From a virus (lineage: Duplodnaviria; Caudoviricetes): 62,003 nt of DNA. The notes beneath the pieces are model-generated. The model was given only the letters and a program-made list of their open reading frames with translations. It did no database searches and was not told where the DNA came from. How positions within the stretch are numbered: position 1 is the first letter of the stretch; each line of letters opens with the position of its first letter. This document shows positions 45,828-53,409 of the stretch, one piece after another. The position numbers were made by a program, and so were the translations under genes. Location of the stretch: positions 1 to 62,003 of the IMG/VR virus record IMGVR_UViG_3300017754_001794; one strand, written 5' to 3'.

Positions 45828-46789
45828 TCTCTCATCCCAATGATTGCACCGCGCAAGCGGTCGCCGTAGAAGAAGCAAGGGCGCGGGTAGGTGCTGAGGT
45901 CCCACTTCTGCGCCACGCCCTGCAAGAGCTGCAGCATGTCCACGTTGAAGACGCCATTGGCGCGCAGTGTGGTCAGGTCGTACAAGCTCCCCTCCCCCTC
46001 TGCTACGTGCGTGCGCAACACGCCCTCTTTCAGTATAGCCCGGCCCAGCTTGTCGGCGAAGGGCTTGACCACAGCCAGCCCCTCGAACAGGCTTGTGTCA
46101 ACCTCTTCCACCGTTGGCGCAAACGGGTCGCCCTTGTCCAGCACGCTGCCCAGGTCGGGCCACTCGGTGCTCAGTAGCTGGGTGCGCAGCCAGCGATTGC
46201 CGGAGTAGAAGAATGTGACGCTGTGCTCGTCCGCCTGCATGCCTTCGGGTGCTTCGTTAATGCGAAGCATCTCGCGCACGGCCATGCGGGGCAGGCACAC
46301 AGTGAGCGGAAACTCGCTGCCGATCCAATACTCCACAAGCGTGATATTGTTGGTGGCGTAGGCGCTGACGCCACGTAGCAAGATGCCGTTGCTCCATGGC
46401 CGAGCGGCGTCTTCGCCGATGAACTCCGACAGCACCTTGACGGCGGCGAACAGGTGCTCGCCATTGATGGGCACATGCTGGCCGGTTGGCATCACGTGCG
46501 GCGTCTCGCCCTCCACGCAGTCAATGAACGCCTTGAACTTGCCGCTCTTGATTGACAGCCGGCCACCAGCGGTAAGCGACAGGGAAACGGTGTCGTCGCA
46601 ATTGCCGATAGCGCGCACCATAGGCTCCGCCTTGGGCTTGCAGGCAATGTCCAAGGCTATGGGTGCCGACAGGGCAATGATGCCGTTATAGCCCCGTACA
46701 GTGCCGCCCTCAATGGCGAAGTGCGACAGGGCCGGCAGCAGGTCTTTACGGGCCACGGCGCCCTGGACGAACTTGAGTTCTTTAAGCAC
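45824..46789 (-). CDS. DNA sliding clamp (Pol III beta-like)
   Basis: GTG start after GGAGG; LKFVQGAVARKDLLPALSHF, RPWSNGILL, YATN, PCFFYGDRLRGAIIGMR; about 321 aa. Confidence 0.8.
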   Translation of the reverse strand: MLKELKFVQGAVARKDLLPALSHFAIEGGTVRGYNGIIALSAPIALDIACKPKAEPMVRAIGNCDDTVSLSLTAGGRLSIKSGKFKAFIDCVEGETPHVMPTGQHVPINGEHLFAAVKVLSEFIGEDAARPWSNGILLRGVSAYATNNITLVEYWIGSEFPLTVCLPRMAVREMLRINEAPEGMQADEHSVTFFYSGNRWLRTQLLSTEWPDLGSVLDKGDPFAPTVEEVDTSLFEGLAVVKPFADKLGRAILKEGVLRTHVAEGEGSLYDLTTLRANGVFNVDMLQLLQGVAQKWDLSTYPRPCFFYGDRLRGAIIGMRE

Positions 46790-47024
46790 CGAACCTCCGT
46801 AGGTGGTTGGCGACGCGGTTGCGCAGCGCGTCCATCTGAACATCCGTTGGCCGGTAGTCTTCGTGACCGCAGTACGGGCAGGCATGCAGCGTGCCGTTAA
46901 TGCAGTCAAGCGTGCGATAGCCGTCCGGTGTGGGGAACTGCTTTGGCGCGCTGTGCGGGTGCTGCCAGTGCTTGCGCTGGTCCTGCGGTGCCGGCTCTGC
47001 GGCGGTACATTGGCGGGGTTCCAT
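46782..47024 (-). CDS. Small hypothetical protein (CPYC)
   Basis: Fills the gap between neighbours. Confidence 0.5.
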   Translation of the reverse strand: MEPRQCTAAEPAPQDQRKHWQHPHSAPKQFPTPDGYRTLDCINGTLHACPYCGHEDYRPTDVQMDALRNRVANHLRRFGA

Positions 47025-47025
47025 A

Positions 47026-47331
47026 TCAACCAACCATTCCCGCACCGTAGTCGCACATCTTCAGCAGGTTGGTGTCCTCCTGGCCTTTGGACTTGACGTT
47101 GAGCGAGGTGCTTTCGCCGTACAGTTCGCCGCCGAAAGCCATGCTGTTGCACTCGCCGGCGCTGGTGGCCGTGACGGTGGCTTTGGGAAACATCATTTCC
47201 AACAGCAGCGAGTTCACCTTGGCAACATGCGCATGCACCATGTTGTTCGGGAAGACAATTGGATAGCGCATCACGAACGGGCTTTCATCGCCCTTGGGTG
47301 GCTGCGTGACAGTGAGAACAATGTATTTCAT
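47026..47331 (-). CDS. Hypothetical protein
   Basis: AAAGG RBS; MKYIV...PIVFP...H...SAG...GES.SL..KS...D. Confidence 0.7.
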   Translation of the reverse strand: MKYIVLTVTQPPKGDESPFVMRYPIVFPNNMVHAHVAKVNSLLLEMMFPKATVTATSAGECNSMAFGGELYGESTSLNVKSKGQEDTNLLKMCDYGAGMVG

Positions 47332-47340
47332 ACTAGCCTT

Positions 47341-48273
47341 TCAAAAGAGCTGTTGCACTGCATGGCAGTCTAACCGGCCTTGGCGTGCATCCATTTGTCG
47401 ATTAATTTCTACGTTCAGCTTCATGTAGCCGAGCATGTTGCAGGCCGCCCGGCTTTGGTACACGGTGGACAGACGTTCATAGTTGAAACCTTCTGCGGCC
47501 AGCTCTTGCTCTACGTGCTGCCGCACGATCTCCGGCATGCTGCTCAAGTGCTGATTGGCCGTGTGCCGGGCAGGCGACAGGGCCGACACGGCAATGGGGC
47601 CGTGCTCCACGGTGTACACGCTGCCGAAGCTGGCGGCCTGGATCCAAGAGGAGCTGTCAACGCTGTGCCATGGGTAGCGCTCCATCAGCGACACTGTGGT
47701 CACACCGAACGCATGTACCTTCAGCTTAGGGCGGCCACTGCCGTCCACGAGGTAGCGGTTCCAGATGCGGTCCAACCACTGCATCACGTCCTCTGCCTTG
47801 GTGCGCACCATGCCGCCGATTGTGATGTACGGGTAGCGCGACACGTACCACTCCAGGTATCGTTCGTCCTCGCCAAAGTGGAAGCAAGGCAGCGGCGTCG
47901 CGCCCTTGCTTTCCATGTAGATCTGGTTCTCCCAGGTCAGCTTCGGGTCGCCAATGCCGTCAAGTACGGAGGCCATGACCACATTGTCCTCTATGCGCAG
48001 GATGTCGCGGTTGCGCAGGATGTAGTCGCAGTAAGCGTTGATGTCAATGTCCACGCCCAGGCTTTTCGCAGAGAAGGCGCCCGAGTCAAGGAACACCTTG
48101 CCGCCACTGGACCGCATCTCGTCTACAAAACGCTGTTTGCCGACGTAGTGGTACGACTCCAGGATATACGGCAGGTTGTCAACAATCTGTGCTTCCCGCT
48201 CGTTGAAATGCGGGTACTGCTTCTGACTGCTGCGATACTGGTTGGTATAAATGGCGGCTAGATAGACGTTCAC
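47341..48273 (-). CDS. dpdA: DpdA-like 7-deazaguanine DNA transglycosylase (TGT fold)
   Basis: FLDSGAFS, LDGIGD, PCFHFGE, IGGMV, VHAFG, SVDSSSW; adjacent to the preQ0 synthesis genes. Confidence 0.88.
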   Translation of the reverse strand: MNVYLAAIYTNQYRSSQKQYPHFNEREAQIVDNLPYILESYHYVGKQRFVDEMRSSGGKVFLDSGAFSAKSLGVDIDINAYCDYILRNRDILRIEDNVVMASVLDGIGDPKLTWENQIYMESKGATPLPCFHFGEDERYLEWYVSRYPYITIGGMVRTKAEDVMQWLDRIWNRYLVDGSGRPKLKVHAFGVTTVSLMERYPWHSVDSSSWIQAASFGSVYTVEHGPIAVSALSPARHTANQHLSSMPEIVRQHVEQELAAEGFNYERLSTVYQSRAACNMLGYMKLNVEINRQMDARQGRLDCHAVQQLF

Positions 48274-48515
48274 GCTTGGTCTCGCTCTGCTGCAAGTTCG
48301 CAGCGGTGGCAGTGGCCCCAGCACACCCAGTCACCGACCTGCATGCAAAAGCCGCCGCAGGCAGGGCAAGGGTCTGACATAGGCAAGAACATATCGATAA
48401 CCGGCCCGCGTTCCAAGTCCAGTATTGGCACAGGCGTTTGCAGCGGCTGTGCCCCGTTTGTCTGGTCTAGCGTGCTTGAGCTGGTTGCCAGCAAGCGGCT
48501 TAGGTCTAGTGCCAT
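48270..48515 (-). CDS. Small Cys-rich (zinc-ribbon) protein coupled to dpdA
   Basis: CAGGAG RBS; CPAC...C...CWGHCHRC; GTGA overlap with dpdA. Confidence 0.55.
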   Translation of the reverse strand: MALDLSRLLATSSSTLDQTNGAQPLQTPVPILDLERGPVIDMFLPMSDPCPACGGFCMQVGDWVCWGHCHRCELAAERDQA

Positions 48516-48531
48516 GGTTGCTCCTGTGGTG

Positions 48532-48610
48532 GGGCCGCGTGCTCCGTCCATGCTAAGGGCACTCGCTGGAATGCGACTTCATGAATCAGCACCGCCGCAA
48601 CACGCGGCCC
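48532..48610 (-). promoter_or_regulatory. Structured intergenic RNA element (nested long hairpin)
   Basis: Outer stem GGGCCGCGTG/CACGCGGCCC, inner stems UGCUGA/UUAGCA and UCGC/GCGA. Confidence 0.5.
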
Positions 48611-48616
48611 GAACTG

Positions 48617-49342
48617 TTAAACGCCTGCTATGTCCAGGGCGCGGAAGATATCTTCGCGACGCTGGTGCGAGTACGGGGCGGCCTTAGCCTCCCATACCTT
48701 GCGGTCGTGTACCCCGGCAGGATGGCACTCCCAGTGCTGCACCTCCCAGGCGTCGCGCTGCAGGGCCACTGTAAGGGCCACCCAGCGCTTAAAGCAGCTA
48801 GAGCAGCGCCCGCAGTGGTGTGCGCCCCCATCATAGCAGCTAACCGACCGCAAGAGGCTTTGCAGGGGCTTACCGCGCTCCAGGTAGCGGCGCACAAGGT
48901 CGGTCTTGGACGTGTGGCGGAATGGCGTCTCGATAGTAAAGCTCCTGCCTTCAGTCCAATACTGGCGGCGGTGGCTTATGTTCAAGACGGCTTCCATGGC
49001 GTGGCAGAATTCCTCACTCTTGTCGCTGTTGATCTCGTCAGCCACCACACCCAGGTAGATGCTATCTGCGTGCTGGGCCGCGCACAAGATCAGCTCGGCA
49101 TTACGGAAGGGTATGATGCCCGACTCATGTTCGTAGGCTTGCAGGTTGGTGGCCTCCATCTTCACGAACGGCGCTTTGGCTTGGTCGGCCACGTACCGGG
49201 CCGCCAAGTATTCTTTCCCAGCGTACTTCTGTCCGGCATTCACAAACACATGCACAGCGCCGGCCAGCTCGGGCTCGTGGGCCAGCAAGAAGCTATCCAT
49301 GCCGCCGCTGCTCAACAGGGCCTTCTGATAGATTGTGGTCAT
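48617..49342 (-). CDS. queC: 7-cyano-7-deazaguanine synthase QueC-like (divergent)
   Basis: SGGMDS PP-loop, IPFRN, SCY...CGRCSSCFKR zinc site. Confidence 0.85.
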   Translation of the reverse strand: MTTIYQKALLSSGGMDSFLLAHEPELAGAVHVFVNAGQKYAGKEYLAARYVADQAKAPFVKMEATNLQAYEHESGIIPFRNAELILCAAQHADSIYLGVVADEINSDKSEEFCHAMEAVLNISHRRQYWTEGRSFTIETPFRHTSKTDLVRRYLERGKPLQSLLRSVSCYDGGAHHCGRCSSCFKRWVALTVALQRDAWEVQHWECHPAGVHDRKVWEAKAAPYSHQRREDIFRALDIAGV

Positions 49343-49343
49343 C

Positions 49344-49952
49344 TTAGTTGCTCCGTGCCAGTTGCAAGAATTCGCTGCGGGTGGTGCCGTCCTTGAAGCA
49401 GCCGCGCAGCGCATGCGTTTCGGTCATGCTGTTGCTGTGCTGCACGCCCCGGCTCTCGACGCACATATGCCGCGCAGAGATCCACACGCCGACGCCCTTG
49501 GGCTGGACCAGTTCATAGAACGACTCGGCGATTTGGTTGGTCAGCCGCTCCTGCACTTGCAGGCGCCGCGCAAACACGTCAGCCAGCCGGTCCAGCTTGG
49601 ACAGCCCCACCACCTTCCCGTCGGGGATGTAGCCGATGACAGCGGTGCCGATGATGTCGGCAAGGTGGTGCTCGCACTTGCTGTAGATGGGGATGCCTTT
49701 GCGCACCACCATTTCATCGCAGCCCTCAGCACCGTCGCTGAACATCTTGAGTACGTCCTTGGGGTTGATGCTGTAGCCGCTGCACCAGTGCTTCCACGCT
49801 TTGACCACACGCAGCGGCGTTTCCTGCAGGCCCTCGCGGTGCGGGTCCTCGCCCACGAACTGCAGCACACCGCGGATGAGCTCTGCGGGGGACACGCGCA
49901 CGTCGCGCCCGTCTATGGTCTGCACGGTTGGGCAGTGCAAAGGGCTGCTCAT
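49344..49952 (-). CDS. folE: GTP cyclohydrolase I
   Basis: REGLQETPLRV, CEHH, GLSKL.R, RRLQVQERLT, HMC...RG. Confidence 0.96.
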   Translation of the reverse strand: MSSPLHCPTVQTIDGRDVRVSPAELIRGVLQFVGEDPHREGLQETPLRVVKAWKHWCSGYSINPKDVLKMFSDGAEGCDEMVVRKGIPIYSKCEHHLADIIGTAVIGYIPDGKVVGLSKLDRLADVFARRLQVQERLTNQIAESFYELVQPKGVGVWISARHMCVESRGVQHSNSMTETHALRGCFKDGTTRSEFLQLARSN

Positions 49953-50404
49953 ACTGCGTCCTTCTCGTAGATGGCGCTGTTGGCACCGTGCTCGCGCACC
50001 TCAACACTCTGCACCCACACGCGCGGCACATGGCCGTTATCAACCAGCCACGCCTCGGCGGACTTGAAGATGAGCTTCGCAAAAGCCTCGCAGCCGGTGG
50101 CTTCCACGATGCGCACGTCTGCCAAATCAAAGCCAGCCAGCACGCCAAGCTCATCGACATGCGGGTCGTCTTGGGCGATCAGCAGCGTGTGGTCAAACAT
50201 GGCCTTCAGGCTGTCTTTGAACGTGCCCAGGCCACCAAAGTCGATAACCCAGTTGCGCTCGTCCAACTCGTTGGCGCCGAACTTGATTGTGACGGCCAGC
50301 GCATAGCCGTGCAGAAAACGGCAATGACTGGTCGCCTTGTGCTGACGGAAGCATGCAGACAGGCCCACGTCGTGGCCGTAGGTTTTGGTAGAGAAATGAG
50401 GCAC
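49949..50404 (-). CDS. queD: 6-carboxytetrahydropterin synthase
   Basis: SHCRFLHGY, WVIDFG, FDH, VEVREH..NSA.Y. Confidence 0.92.
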   Translation of the reverse strand: MPHFSTKTYGHDVGLSACFRQHKATSHCRFLHGYALAVTIKFGANELDERNWVIDFGGLGTFKDSLKAMFDHTLLIAQDDPHVDELGVLAGFDLADVRIVEATGCEAFAKLIFKSAEAWLVDNGHVPRVWVQSVEVREHGANSAIYEKDAV

Positions 50405-50405
50405 G

Positions 50406-51110
50406 TTATTCTACTCCCAGGATCTTGTGCAGTTGAAGTTGAAGGGTATAGCCGTGCTTCATGCACGACGCCATTGCCGCTTGCAAGTTTAAGGCGTTTT
50501 GCGCCTCGTCTTGCGTGTCGGCTGGCTGCACATAGATATGTCGGCGGCTTCGGACGGAAGGCAGGCCAGAAGGCCGGGCTACACGACTGATGACATGGTT
50601 GCCCAGGGCTTGCACCGGCAGGCCGTCTGTCGGGTCCACGCTGCGGCTGTCCAGCACGTACTTCCATGCAATGGCCTGCGATGCAATGCGGGGCTGCACT
50701 GTGTCTGTCTTGGGGCTGACCACAATGTCGCAGTCGTCACTCGTCAGGCCGACAGGCATGGGCAGCGTGCCGTTCGTTTCAATCTGCACGTCCATGCCAC
50801 GGTGCAGCAGTTCAAACACCAGCTCGCGCAGTTGGCCGGGCTGGCGCATGGGTTCGCCACCAGTGATGACGACGAGCGGCGTGGGGCTTTCAAAGCACTT
50901 GCGTGCCACATGCTGCGCGCTCATCAGCTGGCGCCCCTGCGTGTACTCCGTGTCACACATGGGGCATTGCAGGTTGCAGCCGGCAAGGCGGACGAAGGTG
51001 GCCGGGCGGCCCGCGTGTGGGCCTTCGCCTTGTATGGTGTAGAAGATGCCGTGGATGTCCAGCAGCTCTTCGTTCAGGCGACGGAGCTTTTCGATAGGTT
51101 GGGAATTCAT
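50406..51110 (-). CDS. queE: 7-carboxy-7-deazaguanine synthase (radical SAM)
   Basis: FYTIQGEG, FVRLAGCNLQCPMCDT, ITGGEP, IETNGT, SPK, QLHK. Confidence 0.96.
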   Translation of the reverse strand: MNSQPIEKLRRLNEELLDIHGIFYTIQGEGPHAGRPATFVRLAGCNLQCPMCDTEYTQGRQLMSAQHVARKCFESPTPLVVITGGEPMRQPGQLRELVFELLHRGMDVQIETNGTLPMPVGLTSDDCDIVVSPKTDTVQPRIASQAIAWKYVLDSRSVDPTDGLPVQALGNHVISRVARPSGLPSVRSRRHIYVQPADTQDEAQNALNLQAAMASCMKHGYTLQLQLHKILGVE

Positions 51111-51126
51111 CTATACCTCGGGAGTG

Positions 51127-51153
51127 CGACGGGGCACCTGTAGTGCCCCGTCG
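51127..51153 (-). terminator. Hairpin between the Ala/Lys-rich gene and queE
   Basis: CGACGGGGCAC-ctgta-GTGCCCCGTCG, 11-bp stem; no U-tract on the - strand. Confidence 0.4.
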
Positions 51154-51189
51154 GATTTCTGGTAGCGGCGCGCGATGGCCGCTGGGAAG

Positions 51190-51837
51190 TTACGCGGCCT
51201 TGCCTGCGGGCTTGGCCTTGGCGTCCTTTTCGGCTTGCTTGGCAGCAGCCGCAGCGTCCTTCTCTGCCTGCTTTGCAGCGTCGGCAGCGGCCTTTTCTTC
51301 GGCCTTCTTCTTGGCATCGGCAGCGGCCACGGCAGCGTCAGCCAGCGCCTTCTCGTGGGTGATCTCGGCCTGCGACTTGACGCGGCCTTCCACCTTATTG
51401 AACTTGCGCCACGTTGCGTAATTGCTGCGCACCATGTTCGGGTTCATGCCGGCTGCGGTGGTTTCCACCATCAGGTCGGCAATGGCGACAGCGCTGCCCA
51501 GCTTGGCCGACATGCGGTCCATGATGGCCCAGGCTTGGCCGCACTTGCCTTCGGGGCGGGGGCGACGAATGCCGTTTTGCTCGGGCATACGTGCGTCTTC
51601 CTTGGCCTTCTTGGCAGCAGCCTTGTCGGCTGCGGCCTTGGTCTTCTTGTCGGCTTTGTCCTGTTCGGCCTTGGCCTTGGCAGCAGCCTTTTCTTTCGCC
51701 TTGGCGTCGGCAGCGGCGGCCTTTTCTTTGGCCTTCGCATCAGCGGCGGCGGCCTTGGCGGCGGCAGCAGCGTCAGCGGCGGCCTTGGTAGCGGCTGCGG
51801 CTTCGGCAGTCAGTTGTTCGGGGGTTTTGTCGGCCAT
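51190..51837 (-). CDS. Ala/Lys-rich (histone H1-like) protein with a central conserved domain
   Basis: AAKAKA/EKAAA repeats flank PEQNGIRRP...W.IMD. Confidence 0.75.
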   Translation of the reverse strand: MADKTPEQLTAEAAAATKAAADAAAAAKAAAADAKAKEKAAAADAKAKEKAAAKAKAEQDKADKKTKAAADKAAAKKAKEDARMPEQNGIRRPRPEGKCGQAWAIMDRMSAKLGSAVAIADLMVETTAAGMNPNMVRSNYATWRKFNKVEGRVKSQAEITHEKALADAAVAAADAKKKAEEKAAADAAKQAEKDAAAAAKQAEKDAKAKPAGKAA

Positions 51838-51903
51838 GGTGGACTCCTGGTGGTGAATGGAACGTTACGGGTTGGTGAGTGCAATATAACTGTGTACGGG
51901 CGG

Positions 51904-52626
51904 TTACTGCTCTTGGATGAACTTTAGCCACATGCCGCTTCCCTTGCCGGCGCTGTTGGCGTTAATGCCCTCTTCAACAATGCGGGTGATCGCCAGCTTG
52001 CGCACCGCAGGCAGGGGCGTGTCCGGGTTGGCCGCGCGCACCTCATCACAGATGGCGTAGATACGTTCCGTGACCGTGCCGCCAGCCGGCTTGACGCTAG
52101 GGGGCCGTGCGGCGCTGCCCTGGGGCCGTGGCTGGCCTGCGGGCGCCGGGCTGGGGGTTGGGGCAGGCTCGGGCAGCGCGGGCCGCTGTGGCACCGCTGG
52201 CGCGTTGGCTGCTGCCAGCGTGTGGTCAACATACGGCAGCGCGCCCTCCAGTATGTCCGGCCACAGCATGGGGGAGCCGGCGCCCTTGATGTATCGGTAG
52301 CGCCGGGCGTCCCGTGGGCGCACCCAGCGGACCTGAGCTTGGAGCTCCGCCATGTTGACGTCTGCGGGCTGCAGCAAGGCCACAGCCGCCACGATAGCGC
52401 GCTGTATGTGCTCTCGGTAGTACCCTGGGGCCTTTTGCCCGGTAAGGCCGATATACAGCTTGTGCAGCTCCAGGTCGGTAAAACCGTCCAGGTCCGTGGG
52501 GTAGAAGGCGGGCACCGTGCGCACTGGCACATGCGGCAGCTCCAGGTCAGCCAGGAGGCTGCACACCTCCCGGGCTGGGTGTGCGTGTACCACGCACACC
52601 GGGTCCATATTGATGTTGATGTGCAT
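51904..52626 (-). CDS. Hypothetical protein with the shared C-terminal helical domain
   Basis: KPAGGTVTERIYAICDE...GINANSA...W.KF. Confidence 0.7.
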   Translation of the reverse strand: MHININMDPVCVVHAHPAREVCSLLADLELPHVPVRTVPAFYPTDLDGFTDLELHKLYIGLTGQKAPGYYREHIQRAIVAAVALLQPADVNMAELQAQVRWVRPRDARRYRYIKGAGSPMLWPDILEGALPYVDHTLAAANAPAVPQRPALPEPAPTPSPAPAGQPRPQGSAARPPSVKPAGGTVTERIYAICDEVRAANPDTPLPAVRKLAITRIVEEGINANSAGKGSGMWLKFIQEQ

Positions 52627-52635
52627 GTTGCTGCC

Positions 52636-53286
52636 TTACTTGTTGCCGCCGACCTTCTTGCCGTAGCCGTTGAACCGGCGCCATTGGTACAGGGCAAGGC
52701 CGGCGCTGGTGGGGCTCATGCCGTTGGCTTCGCCCATCTCGCGGGCTTGCTTCAGCGTCACGCTTTCGCCCACTGCGTCGAACAGTGCCCACAGGCGGTC
52801 ACCCACCGTGCCGGGGCTCATGCGGCGCACGCCGTTTTGTTCGGGGCGGTCCTTTTGAATGCGCACACCCGTCTTGCCGTCGCCCATGTCGGGGGTCTTG
52901 TTGCTCTTCAGGTGGTCGGGCACTGTGCCGCCCGTCAGCTGGCCCAGCAGGGCACCACCAAACACAAGCGCCACAGGGGCGGCCACTTCTTCCTCTGCTG
53001 GCGCTGGGGCGGGCTTTGCCTTGGCTGCTGCGTTGGCAGCGTTTACACGGCTGCGGGCTTCGGCCAACTCTTGCCGGGCGCTGGGCTTGGTAGCGGCTGC
53101 GGGCTTTGCCTTGGGTGCCATGGCGGCCAGCGTCACGGGGTTGCCCTTGGTGTCCAGGTAGCAGCCCCAGGCGCCGTCTACTTGGGTCAGGTATGCGTCC
53201 ACCATGCTGGCCTCCACCTTGGCAGTGTTGGTAAGGAAGCGCTTTGCGTTGGACTTGCTGCTGTTGGACTTGAAGGTGACTTGCAT
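52636..53286 (-). CDS. Hypothetical protein with the shared C-terminal helical domain
   Basis: PEQNGVRRMSPGTVGDRLWALFD...GMSPTSA...QWRRFNG. Confidence 0.75.
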   Translation of the reverse strand: MQVTFKSNSSKSNAKRFLTNTAKVEASMVDAYLTQVDGAWGCYLDTKGNPVTLAAMAPKAKPAAATKPSARQELAEARSRVNAANAAAKAKPAPAPAEEEVAAPVALVFGGALLGQLTGGTVPDHLKSNKTPDMGDGKTGVRIQKDRPEQNGVRRMSPGTVGDRLWALFDAVGESVTLKQAREMGEANGMSPTSAGLALYQWRRFNGYGKKVGGNK

Positions 53287-53409
53287 GATGGGATACTCCG
53301 TTTGGGGTTTGTGGCGGCAACCGCTGCAGCCATGACTAAAATGTACACGGAAAGGAACACCTGTTTACCGACCTGCTCACAATATTTTCTATCAGCAGGC
53401 GGCAACCGA

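Noticed and set aside
51190-51837. Ala/Lys repeats as a TolA-like membrane protein
   Set aside because: No transmembrane anchor or TolA C-terminal domain; the similarity is low-complexity only.
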